Positions 39,594 to 51,059 of a stretch of DNA of 64,000 nt are shown here, one piece after another. Both the position numbers and the translations under genes were made by a program. Position 1 is the first letter of the stretch; every line of letters begins with the position of its first letter. Below the pieces are notes generated by a model. The model was not told where the DNA came from. It saw nothing but the letters and a program-made list of their open reading frames with translations, and ran no database searches. This DNA is from Squalus acanthias (Eukaryota), in the NCBI GenBank assembly GCA_030390025.1, contig CM059433.1, positions 20,028,001-20,092,000 of the forward strand, written 5' to 3'.

Positions 39594-39822
39594 GAACATA
39601 GGAACTGGAGTAGGCCATTCAGCCCCTCAAGCCTGTTCCACCATTCAATTAGATCTGTATCTTAACTCCATTTACCTGCCTTAGTTCCATATCCCTGAAT
39701 ACCCTTGCCAAGCAAAAATCTATCAATCTCCGTTTTAAAATTTTCAATTGACCTAGCCTCAACAGATTTTTTGAGGGAGAGAGTTCCAGATTTCCACTAC
39801 CCTTTGTGTGAAGAAGTGCCTG
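39594..39822 (-). mobile_element. CR1 3' end, same subfamily as 10501-10836
   Basis: Near-identical to 10513-10745. Confidence 0.85.
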
Positions 39823-40529
39823 ATTTTCGTATCCCCCTCTCCCTGCCAAAAAATCATGATATTCTGAAGCACTGTTTTTTTTCCTTAGACCTGTCATTCA
39901 GCCTGAATCAATAAAAGGTACTAATAGAATAACATATATTTAACAATGAAATGATCTGCACAACATACAACTTGCATCGTATATAGGTGGTTGCGCATGG
40001 TGCATTTTCCCTTTGTGATGTTTCTGAGAGACATGATTCAAGTACTTTTCCCTTCAAACAATTTTTCATAATGACAGTGTCCCTTTAAAAGCTAAAGTAA
40101 CTTCTATTATCCTTGATGTTCATGGACTAATTATCTTGAAAGCATCAAGTCCTCCTGACTTTAATCGCAAAGGTCATGCTAAAAGAATACTAAATCCTAC
40201 AATTACTACGATGGTTTACCTTGTTGAATGCCATTTTCACAAAATGTGACATTGTGTAAAAGGGCATCATCATCTTTGGATTTTTTTTTACATAGTTACA
40301 GTCATCCTTAAAGGTTAGGGTCTCTGGAGCTCAGTCTCCTGAGTGCTTAATGCCTAATATTATTTTGTTGATAGTAAAACCAAATAGTCACAAGAATTAA
40401 ATGGTTCAAGCATATTTAGTGGCCAGCACATGGACATATATAAAAACAAACTTCTGAAATCCAGTAACTATCCTACCATTTGTGAAAATAAATGTTTCTA
40501 CCACAATTACAGTAGTGTAGGCATTAAAA

Positions 40530-40732
40530 GGGCTGATTCCCTGATCCGTGCTCCCAGTGAGGAGTCATGGTCGCAGAGTGCGCTGGTGGAGATAGCAGGC
40601 CTACACTTTTGAATTTCCATCCATTTAAATTAATTGCTGGAAAAATCGGGGACTGAGAGCCCGCAATTTCCTGACTAGCGCTCCGTTCAAACACCATTCC
40701 TTACCGGAAGCTGCTGGTTGGGAAATCAGGAC
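40530..40732. mobile_element. Fold-back MITE (about 200 bp)
   Basis: gggctgattccc / gggaaatcaggac ends; palindromic around ttccatccatttaaattaattgctggaa. Confidence 0.55.
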
Positions 40733-41344
40733 TTACTCTCCAAAGAACAAAAATTGGAAATCCAGTAAATATCTTGGTATGTTTTTGCCGTCGTTTGAAA
40801 GCAGATTATGGTACAGATGTGGAATCAAGCTTGCCAACAATAAGTAAAAGCTGTTAGAACACCAAAGTCTAAAAGGAAATAACCATATAGAGATCAGAGA
40901 CATGTGCAGCAGTAAAAGAGCAATGTACAGTAGCAGGAAGAAAATGGGCTCTGTATTGATGTGTGGTTTTGGCACTCCTCTTCTAGCATTGTGATCTTTA
41001 CTCATAATATTGAGCTCTTTCCTGTAGAATTATTAGTATTAATTTGTCTCTATATTTAGGGAAATAGCCCTATTACTAGTTCTAAACTTGAGCGGAGACA
41101 ACAACCACAGAAACTGGTATGATGAATACTAAACACTTCACTCGATTGTCAAACAACAATAAGCAACAACTCTAAATAATTCTCACAACTGTGGAACGCT
41201 GTTCTGGGGTGGGCCAGGAGTGTCTACGGATTCTTCCTTCTCCTCATCCTTTTTCTCATTGCCCCTTCTTGATGATTGCCCCTCCTTTAACACAGTTTTT
41301 GAGGCTTAGTCTTATGGTGGTCGACTCCCATAAATTGTCCCAAC

Positions 41345-42029
41345 TTCACCGGGGCGCTACTTTTAGCGACCCGAAAATGTTAGCGCCCCCGCACCGTAAC
41401 TTGAGTGGTAGCGCCCCAAGCAGGAGGTGGGACGCTACTGGAAGCGCTCCCCCTCTTCCTGGGGCGCTACCATTCAATATCGTGGTGCTCCGTGCAAAAA
41501 CGTCACGTGCGTCGGCACGTAGCGCTGCGGTATTACAGGCCTCCTTCCACTGCTTAAAGGGGAGGGGCCTAGCGCTGCACACACCGGGACCCTGCTGGAC
41601 CACCGTGGAGCGGGGTGCCGGGAAAGCAGCCCGGCACTTAAGAGGAGTGCCGGGCTGACCAATCGTGGCCGGTACCCCGCATGAGGACGCAAAAGGGGGC
41701 AGGTGCTGGCAGACGGCCCAAAATAAATGTCCGCCCGGCACCTGCCCTTTAAGTAGTGCCACTGCGGCAGCAAACATGCCACCCTGACCCTGTCGGACAT
41801 ATCGCCCGGCGGTAGGTCAGGGGCGCAACTGATGTTTGCGGCCGGGACGTGAGCGGGGCGCTGCGCACGGCGATGACATCATCGCCGGAGGCACAGCGCC
41901 GCGGGATGCTACCGGCTACCGCCACCGCTAATCTCCTGCTGAATTTCACGGGAGGTGTTAGCGGCGCTGCGCCCAGGCGCGAGGGGCTTTGCGCTAACGG
42001 GAGGCACAAAGCAGCCGAATCTTTCCCCC
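41345..42029 (-). mobile_element. MITE of the 37153 family, one end lost
   Basis: Reverse-complement similarity to 37153-37790; ends gccgaatctttccccc. Confidence 0.8.
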
Positions 42030-42554
42030 ATGACCTTTCCTGTTCCATGTCTGTTTTCTGTTGTTTTTCTGAGCAGTAGACGAAAGTCTGTGGTGTTGTT
42101 AACTTACAGCCTGGGTTTTCCATTAGCCAAAGAGTCAAAAATTCATGACTTTAAAATAACCCAAAACAATCTGTTCCCTACAGTCCATCTTGCTGTGAAT
42201 GTCTCCCTCTCCTCCTCCATCACGTTCTTTCTGGTTCTCTCTGTTCTCATCTCATGTCATCTCCCATTTTTCTCTTCCTCTCCCCTCCGTATCAATGTTT
42301 ATCTTTGCTCACGTCACTAGGCTAGATATTAAAGTGAAAGAAATAACAAGCATATTAATAACAGTAAGTGACACCCTAGCTATAAATCGAACCACTAGCT
42401 TCCCTACAACAAATCCTTTTGTTATTAACAGAGAGTTCCAAACTGTTTCAAATCTGCTTCCTCCTCTCGCTGTTAAATCAAGAACTCTAGAAGCCTTATT
42501 ACTCTCAATCATGTTGCAAAGCCATTAAGAGACTTGGGGCAAAAAATTCGGGGG

Positions 42555-43351
42555 GGGGGAAAAATTCGGTATCGCCCATTTTGGGGCGCTAATATCGGCC
42601 GGGCGCAAAGTTTAGTGCCCGGCGCTAATTATCGCCTCCAACTGCAAAATTTGCCTCTATTGCCCCTGGAGGTGATTTGAGCGTTAAATCAGGCGCTGCA
42701 CACCTCTCTTAAGACGCAAACTTCAGGGAGCGAGGCGCTACCTCAGAACGCTACCGAAGCTCAGGCGATGCCAATTACCATGGAAGCCAGACAGACTGGC
42801 GCCGTCCAGTTCTTAAAGGGGAGGGGCCATCTTGCTGGCCAGCCACACCCTGCTCATTGCAGCCTTGAATCTCGGCCTGGAGAGACCTCTAAAGCAATTG
42901 TGTTGGAAGCACTAATGGATAGGCTCACGGAAATAGCTCGGCACTTAGGAACCTCCAAAGTGATGCTGAGGGCCAAAACTTCTTAGGACAGCGTTAAAAC
43001 CAAAAATTTTGCTGACAAGAAAAGTCAGGAAACGCTCACCTTTAAATAGCGCTCCCCCAGCCCCTTCCCGACTTGAAAATGTTCCCCTCTACCTGTCGTT
43101 CCTAGCGGCAGGCTCTAAGGCAGGGGGCGTGACTCAATATCAGGTTTGGGGCGCTACCGGGGCATTGCACACTTGACTGACGTCATGATCTGCGGGCGCA
43201 GGAGATCGTGGCCGGAGTGTTTAGTGCCGCCGCAAAACGACTGGTCAATTTTGCGAGCGGCGCTAACATCGCCGGGCACCAGCTGCTTTGCGCCCCCTTA
43301 GTGCCCTCTTAGGGCACTAACGGGAGACGCAAAGCAACCGAATTTTCCCCC
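42555..43351 (+). mobile_element. MITE, close copy of 14493-15259
   Basis: Colinear and highly similar; GGGGGAAAAATTCGGT / ACCGAATTTTCCCCC. Confidence 0.9.
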
Positions 43352-43816
43352 TGGGTGTTTTATGCCACCCGTTACCGGCAAAATTTAGCGAAAAGACGAC
43401 GGCCGCCACTCTTTCACCAGCTGGTGGCAGGTCCCGCGGCGTTCGCCATGTTCCAAGGATGGCCAGCGCTGTCGGTAAAAGCAATGGTCCAGCAGCTGTA
43501 AATTAGGGAGAGGGTGACGTCACACGCCGACTTAACATCACCTCGGTGAACTTGGACCTTAGCGCTGAGTTCAGTCCTGGGTCCTGAGCTCACCATGAAA
43601 ACCAAGCGTTCAGCAGACTGAAAGAGGCGCTGTCAGCACCTCTTAAAGGGACACACACATCTTTCAGGTAAGCTTGCATCTAAGCTTTTGGACTAGATTT
43701 TTAAAAATTTTATTGAAGTAGTGGCTTGCTGCAATAGATGTTAAAAGTTTTTTAAGTGTGTTGGGAATGCTGCTGGATGATTACAAGACCTCGGATGGTA
43801 AAGGAAGGCCTCTGAG

Positions 43817-43960
43817 AAGACAGAAAATGCTGCAAATACTCTGCAGGTCAGGCAACATCCGTAGAGTGAGAAACAGATTTCACGTCTCAGATCAAGATGC
43901 TGCCTGACCTGCTGAGTATTTCCAGCATTTTATGCTTTTATTTTAGATTTACAGCATCCA
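43817..43960. mobile_element. Penelope-like inverted terminal repeat pair (degenerate)
   Basis: acagaaaatgctg...caggtcaggcaacatc / gatgctgcctgacctgctgagtatttccagcatttt. Confidence 0.6.
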
Positions 43961-43971
43961 CTCGCAGAGGG

Positions 43972-44095
43972 AAGAGGAAGATGCTGAAGAGGAAGATGCT
44001 GAAGAGGAAGATGCAGAAGAGGAAGATACAGAAGAGGAAGATGCAGAAGAGGAAGACGCAGAAGAGAAAGATTGAGAAGAGGAGGAAGCAGAAGG
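43972..44095 (+). repeat. 15-bp tandem repeat (GAAGAGGAAGATGCA, about 8 copies) encoding EEEDA
   Basis: Continues in frame into GRDIWDGMIRL, resembling the Harbinger transposase C-terminus. Confidence 0.8.
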
Positions 44096-44785
44096 AAGGA
44101 TGCAACCCAGACAGCCCCTTTCTGGCCGGGATATCTGGGATGGAATGATCCGCCTGTGCTCCCAGTGACCACAACCCCAATTCCCCTTTCAACATTAGTC
44201 CCACACCTTACCTTCCCTCTGTTACCGACCATCACAGTGTCCTCTTGGCCACAATGCTGAAATAAAAGCCACCACAAAGCAAACTTTCCAATCCAATGTT
44301 ATACATCTATCCATCCAATATGACATCAAGAACTCAACTCATCACCCTTATGCATTCCCTTAGTGACTGTCTTGTGTGTGCCTTTGCCTATCCTACTGAT
44401 GTCACGCAGTGCTACCCCAGTGGCTGCAGCATGGCTGGTGGAAGGCTGCTGACATTCAGTGGGGGACACTGCAAATGAACTTGCTGGTCAACCTTGAGGA
44501 GCTGGAGGCTGGGAGTGTGAAATCGAGTGATGGTGTTTATTCTTCTTCTTCCTCCTCCTCCTCCCTCTATTCTCCTCCCTCCCTCCTCCTCCCCTCCTCC
44601 ATCCTCTATCCTCCACCCTTTCTCCTCCCTCTTTCCCTCCTCCATCCTCCTCCTCATCATCATCCATCATCATCATCATCATTTCTTGGGTGTGTGAAAT
44701 GAGGAAGGCACAAGGGTGGAGTTGTGGTGAGGTGAAGGTGGGAAAGCAAGAGGTACATGCGAGAAGGAGGATAATGTATGAGGAT

Positions 44786-45250
44786 ACCAGCATCTTGTAT
44801 CCTTTCAGCCCCGCCGCTGGCCAAGGGCTCAGCCAGGCCCCTGCCAAGAATGGCCTGCACCGTCTCCTCCAAGGGGATGAGGTGAAGCTAGAAATAGGAG
44901 ATGTGCCTCGTGATTGGTACAGATTGTTGGTAAGTGAATGATTTGGCGGGGTGGGGGGGGGAGTCGTGCATTGACAAGTGTGTGAGGCTAGTGATGCAGT
45001 TGGTAGGAGACGGCTTTTGAAGATGCATTCACAGACCTTGACCAGTGGTCTGAGGCCATGAAGCTTCTTTGGGCACTGGAGCCAGGTGGTGGGGGCAACA
45101 CTGCTGGCAGTGACGGCCTCAGTGATGTGGTCTCGCATCGTTCTTTCTGGAGGGCCTCCTGGCCCCTATGGGTAGAGGGCCTGCCTTGCAGTGCTGACCC
45201 ACTGCACAAAGCTGGAGTGCTGTGTGGCAGACCTTGGGCGCCCCTTCCCT
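44786..45250 (-). pseudogene. Harbinger Myb-like gene, exon 1-2 remnants
   Basis: EAVTASSVAPTTWLQCPKKL and a downstream segment PLEETVQAILGRGLAEPLASGGAE. Confidence 0.65.
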
Positions 45251-45725
45251 GGCTTGCTAAGCCATTTGTGTTAGTGCTGAAGCACTTTTCCAATTTTTTT
45301 AAGGTGTGGAAGGGATTCAGCTTTAAGAGATGAACACTCCCATTTGGGAATTTTTTTCCAAATGTTATTTTTTTCCCCAGAAGGCAGTTGAGCTGTAAAG
45401 GCTGAAAACTGCATATTTTTACAGAATTTATTTTATCATTTCAGAAAGTTTTGCCATTTTAAGACAAGGACAATGCATTGCCCTTTTAACATCCCACAAT
45501 GCCTAGCGAAATCACAGCTTCAGTTTCAGAGGCCGTGCGAAGCTGCACTGCTGCTTCTGGACGTCACATTGGGGCCCGATGCCAGGACGAACGCCACCAG
45601 GAGTGCGTTACATGGTCAGCTTAGCGCTGGGCTAATAACCAGCACGAATTTTTCACTCTTACCGGTGCCGCCATTTTTGTGGCCGTGAACCCGCTTTCGT
45701 GCCGCACTCAAATTTTTAGGCCTTA

Positions 45726-46123
45726 GGGGCTTATTTTGGCCAAAGGGTGAAACCAGGCGCTAATGGGTGCAGTGCTAATAAGACTAGCCTGTTTGAAGTA
45801 TCCCTTGAAGTAGCGCTTGAAATCAACATCAGCGGTGTATTTACTTCCAAACAGCTGGTCGCTGTTAGGAGAGGGCATTAATTGAAGCGCTATCCACCAA
45901 AATGTCATCCAGCCTCTTTAATGAGCGCTGGCAGGCATTTTTAAGTGGCAATCAGCTGTTTAACGAGCCTTCAGGGCGGCCGTTCCTAGCGCTGGCTTCA
46001 ACTCCTTTACCAAGATGACGGGTTGTACTAAACGTGGGCTAAACCTGTGTTGCAACTTAAGACCCCATCTTGGCCACCTCAGAGGCTCTTTAGGGTCTAA
46101 AGTATTCAGTGAAAATCGCTCCC
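45726..46123. mobile_element. MITE (398 bp)
   Basis: TTA on both flanks; imperfect GGGGCTTATTTT / AAAATCGCTCCC. Confidence 0.6.
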
Positions 46124-46549
46124 TTAGCAGCCTTGTTCCCTTAGAAAGAACTTGAAGTATAAAAACAGTGCCAACAGGAAACTTTCTGGGCTAAGAAGAC
46201 TTGGAGCCAAATTGAACTTTCTCAAGGCACACTTTTACTCTTACAGGCCTTTATAAGGTGGTGTTAACAAATATCTCCAGATAGAATGAACTTGGTCCTC
46301 ATTTCAGATGCACACGAGGTAAACATCTACTAAAATGCACAAGCCAAGGAATTAATTTAATTTGTTAGTCAATAGTGGCTGTAAGGTCCTGGTCAAGGAA
46401 CTGGACATCATGAAACACTGTTGGAGCAAAGACACTGTTGTTTTTTAACCTGACTGCCCAAAAAACATTTAATGGAATCAAATAGAATTCTAATGTTTCT
46501 ACTGGTTTCTACTGTGGAGACAATTTACTTTGACTTGAACTCTCAATAA

Positions 46550-46870
46550 CACCATCAACTTGAATTTGTATCGTCCCTTTAACTTATAAAAAGCACCAAG
46601 GCTCTTCACAGACAGTCATTGGAAATTGACGCCAATGTGGGGAGAGACCGATTAAGAGATGTGACCAAATGCTTGGCTGAAGAGATAGGTTTGGAGAAGG
46701 TTTTTAAAGGTGGAGAGAGAGTTGGAGAGGGGCAGAAGTTTATGAAGTGAGTTCTTAGAGGTCAGGACTGAGGCAGCTGTTGGCTGTACCACAATTGGTA
46801 GGGTGAAGGGAGAGGGGAATGAGTATAAAGCCAGAATCAGAGGAATGGAGAGTACATGAAAGGCTATCGG
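46550..46870 (-). mobile_element. Old L2 3' fragment
   Basis: LSTFKNLLQTYLFSQAF; similar to 4153-4420. Confidence 0.6.
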
Positions 46871-47881
46871 CCTATGACTTGGCAATGATGGCCACACCAC
46901 CACCATGGCGATTAGGGTGGGACAAATGGGGGAAAGTATATGCTTCTGTAATTGGGAAAGTGTCACCATCTGTGAACTATGTTTCAGTGAGAGCAGTAAT
47001 ATTGATAGAATCATTAACTACAAGATTGTGAATGGCAAAAGCCTTATTAGCAAATAAGTTAACATTTGGAAGGGAAATACAGAGAGGATGTGACTGTGGA
47101 TACACAGGTGGGATCTAGGGGGCAGCAGTAGCGGAGCCGAGCATGATGTAGAAAAGGTTGGAGGAATTGACACCTTAGGGAATTCTTCAAGCATGACAGT
47201 CGCTGAGCAGAGGATGAGACATCTTAGGAGATCTAGCAACAAATATCATGATGGGAATTAAATAGATTTTAATGATTTCCTCAGTGCTCCATATAATAAT
47301 CCGTAAACTTGTGCAAATAACAGTGAGAGGTAGCTTCACACGTTTTGCCGAGGCACAGAACCCAGCAAAGCTGTTGCTTTTAATGAGCAGTTTTTAGGGT
47401 GTCTTGGGTTATGGGGAACAGGCAGGAAAGTGGAGTTGAGACCAAGATCAGATCAGCCATGATCTTATTGAATGGCGGAGCAGGCTCGAGGGGCCGAATG
47501 GCCGACTCCTGCTCCTATTTCTTATGTTCTTATGTTCTGGTATTTATTAAGTGCAAGTTAGGAAAGCATTCTGTGAGGATGCCATTCTTCTCTTTGAGGA
47601 AAGGGAGGCAATTGGATTCTTATCTTGCAGGTTCTGAGAGAAAGAAAGAACTTGTGCATTTCACAACCTCAACATGTCCCAAAGCGCTTTCCACCCAATG
47701 GAGTACTTTTGAAGTGTTGTCAGTGTTGTAATCTGAATAACAATCAGTGACTGAATCACTGACGTTTGGACAGTGGGGAAAAGGATCGCAAACCACCTTC
47801 AGTGCTATAATATTACCCATCCTTCTCAGCCTCCTGAGGTTACAAACATACGAACAATGATGGACAGAAAAAGACCTCCCA

Positions 47882-48150
47882 AACCCGTGACCTCTACCAT
47901 CTAGAAGGACAAGGGCAGCAGGTGACTGGGAACGCCACCACCTCCAAGTCACACACCATCCTGACTTGGAAATACATCGCCGTTCCTTCATCGTCATGGG
48001 GTCAAAATCCTGGAACTCCCTGCCTAACAGCGCTGTGGGAATACCTTCACGGACTGCAGTGATTCAAGAAGACGGCTCACCACCACCTTCTCAAGGGTAA
48101 TTAGGGATGGGCAATAAATGCTGACATCCCGTGAATGAATTAAAAAAAAA
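47882..48150 (+). mobile_element. 3' end of a CR1-group LINE with poly(A)
   Basis: SFIVMGSKSWNSLPN...FKKTAHHHLLKG*, AATAAA, A-tail. Confidence 0.7.
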
Positions 48151-48209
48151 CCTCTGGTCCATCCAGCTTGTCCCACGGAATTGTGATACCTTGTGTATCA
48201 CAATATATA

Positions 48210-48412
48210 TAAAAGCAAAATACTGCGGATGCTGGAAATCTGAAATAAAACCAGAAAATGCTGGAAATACTCAGCAGGTCAGGCAGCATCTGTGAAGAGA
48301 GAAACAGAGTTAACGTTTCAGGTCGATGTCATTGACCTGAAATGTTAACTCTGTTTCTCTCTCCACAGATGCTGCCTGACCTGCTGAGTATTTCCAGCAT
48401 TTTCTGGTTTTA
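48210..48412. mobile_element. Penelope-like inverted terminal repeat pair with 14-bp flanking duplication
   Basis: About 83-bp near-perfect arms centred on 48330; tatcacaatatata at 48196-48209 and 48413-48426. Confidence 0.75.
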
Positions 48413-48974
48413 TATCACAATATATAGACTCCCCAACCCACCCAAAACCATGTGATCTCCTGGGAGAGGCGAAAACCAAATAAAAACCCAGGCTAATTTG
48501 GGGTGAAAATGAGAAATTCCTTTCCGACCCCCCACCCCCCCCACGCCCCCCCGCCCCCCCGCTGGGCGTTCAAAGCTAGTCCCGGAAATCACTCTGGCCC
48601 TGATAATTCTATGCACGGTATCTTCAGTTATAAACTTTCAGTTCTTTGACTTGGTAATCAAATTAAGCTATGCTGAGGCAAACGTGACAAAAGTTGCTGG
48701 AAAAGATGACAGTTAAGTATGAGTGCTGAAGGAAGTTCAGCCTTACTTGTCACTGCTGATAACTTCCATATTCCTCGAAGCCTATATCCACTCATTGATG
48801 GACGATTATAAACCCTGTTTGACAGGCTGCAGAGAAAACCCATCTCTTACTCTTGGACCTAGCACAAATCAAAGCCATGCGGACGAGTGGACTGAATGAG
48901 GATAACCCACTTGACGTCAAAATTTGTCTCCTGCAACATCCGAGAAGTCTGGCTGGGCTGTCGGTCTTCTATAA

Positions 48975-49065
48975 CATGGATTCTCAAGCGGGGGTCCGAG
49001 GCCCCCCTAGGGGTCCACGAGACGATTTCAAGGGGTCTGCGAGAAGATTTCAAGGGGTCCACGCC
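48975..49065 (+). mobile_element. hAT-Charlie-like left end
   Basis: catggattctcaa terminus and four ggggtc(c/t) subterminal repeats; no partner end found. Confidence 0.5.
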
Positions 49066-49382
49066 ACAGAAGATTGACTAGTTTTAGCAGGTGGCTTTGA
49101 GTGGACCTGCCTCACGACTGCCACTTGCAGGTGGTGCCCTGCGGGGAGGTCGGCGGCCGGGCCTGGGGCTCCCCGTGCCTTCGGTGGCGGTAGGGGCGCA
49201 TGCTGCCTGTGGGCGCTCTCGAGAGCGGCAAGTGGAGGAGGATGGGCCGGAGCTTCTGCTGGAAAACAAATACTTGGGGCCCATCACACTCTGCCCAGCC
49301 AGGCCGGGATCTCAAGCTCTATTTTGAATCAACGCGGGTGGGCCTGAGGGATAAAAACGCACAAAATTACCCCGCATGGGCC

Positions 49383-49492
49383 ATGGCAAAGGTGCAGGTT
49401 AACAACGTGGTGGCGGTCGACAACCCATCGCCCTTTTTTTAACCCTTTTCAGTTCGGGATCACCTTTGAGTGCATCAAAGATCTGTTTGGAG
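49383..49492 (+). pseudogene. ASF1A: Disabled first coding exon of histone chaperone ASF1A
   Basis: MAKVQVNNVVAVDNPSPFF/NPFQFGITFECIKDLFG vs canonical MAKVQVNNVVVLDNPSPFYNPFQFEITFECIEDLSE; extra T gives TAA at 49440; similarity stops at the expected exon end. Confidence 0.88.
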
Positions 49493-49611
49493 TATGAGTG
49501 AGGCCTGGGGCCTGGACGTGAGGGCCTCCAGGCACTGTAAAGTGGGTGGAAAGTTATCCCTGTTTGTGTTGAGGGGCCGAGGCCGAGTGAACTTTGACGG
49601 TTGCTAATCCT

Positions 49612-49735
49612 AAATTGGCTGCTGTGTTTTCTGCACGACAACAGTGACTGCACTTCAAAAGTACTTCATTGGCTGTAAACCACTTTGCGACGTCCTGAGG
49701 TTGTGATAGGTGTTATGTAAATGCAAGTTCTTTCT
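49612..49735 (+). mobile_element. Deu-SINE 3' tail fragment
   Basis: Matches 33535-33660. Confidence 0.75.
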
Positions 49736-50840
49736 TTGTTGACCTCAAATGACTTCTGCATATTGTACCAATGTGAGATCTCCATTGCTGTGTCCATTGG
49801 CTCCTGTGTCTTGTTGAAGTGAATTTACTTGAATTATGCCGAATTTTGGGTAGTTTTGGATCCATGTCCTCGAGAAACTCAATTAAAATTGGCCAAACTC
49901 ATTTCAGTCTGCAGCTTAGTATCAAAATCCTTTTTGCCTTATAACCATGCAGGCCTCATTCTCAGCTGTCACTTCTGGAGCTGGATTCGCTGCAGTTTCT
50001 GTGACCCTAATATATTATACGGCCCTTTGACTATTTGATAAATATACTTGTCAGCAATGGAGCTGGAACCTGAGTGAAGAATGATAAGCGTAGTAATTAT
50101 GCGCTACTGAGTACGTAAGGAGCATCTGGGTATTTGTTGTAAGTTGTAATTTCCGTTGCAAAACTGATGAGCCTACCCCTGCATGCATGAGTTCCAGCAA
50201 AACTTTGCTTCACAGCTTTAGCTATGCGCATAATTTAGCACCACATCTGACTTTTCGCCCAGTTTAGCACCGAGTTAGATATCATCTGGCAAAAGCAATA
50301 GTACAAAATCATGGAGACATGCAGTGTTCCTCTGCTGATTCTGGCTGACTTATAGTTTGGATGAGAGACTAGTGTGTCATGTTATTGCTATGATAAAGTA
50401 CCCTTATGTGCCATAGCTGACACTCAATTATACTCTTAGGTTCACCATTCCTGACCCTGAATCTACAGACTCTAATGTTGTTCTCTGTAAATTATCTTTC
50501 CTTGATTGCCAGTTGCTCCTTCGAACCTGCACTGCCAAACACTTGATTCATGTTGTGAATTCCTTCTCTAAAAAGCCTGGTAATGCTTTGCTTTTGTTGC
50601 TGTCACTGCACTCAGAATTTAGATTGTGATTCTAAATAAGGGTAAAACAATGAAAGGGGACAAGAATTATTGTCACTTCATGCTTTTAGCAGATTTATGT
50701 CACAGATTTATGTTCCTGGGAGAAAACTTTGTTACTTAAACTACAAACTCCAAAGCCTTGTCAATAACTTATAGGTAAATAATTGGAATTTAAACACGTT
50801 TCCCTGTCTGAGATAGGAATCATCAGTAAAGATAGCTTCG

Positions 50841-51030
50841 CCCTGAAATTATGTTGTGTTTGAGCGCTTCGCACTTTCCTTTGAAATTCCTCTCTGCACT
50901 ACTTTGGTGGAGGTTTTAACCCACTTAAAATAACTGGGCTGACTCTTCTGCTAAAATAGTAGATAGAGGAATTTCAGACACATCCGCTAAGTATTCTAAC
51001 ATTCGCAGCCCATGGTGTAATTTCAAGAAT
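50841..51030. mobile_element. Old fold-back MITE, family of 22419-22611
   Basis: gaaattcctctctg / agatagaggaatttc arms; cctgaaatta / taatttcaag ends. Confidence 0.5.
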
Positions 51031-51059
51031 CTTGTGTGACGACCTACTACTATTACCTA

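Larger units (their letters stand above)
42537..45722. mobile_element. PIF/Harbinger deletion derivative with nested MITE and Penelope-like insert
   Basis: Reconstituted left TIR GGGCAAAAAATTC.GGGTG vs right CACTCAAATTTTTAGGCC; acidic transposase-like C-terminus plus AATAAA on +; Myb-like exons on -. Confidence 0.7.

Noticed and set aside
43897..44277. Lys/Arg-rich or hydrophobic repeat proteins
   Set aside because: Alternative frames of the 15-bp repeat
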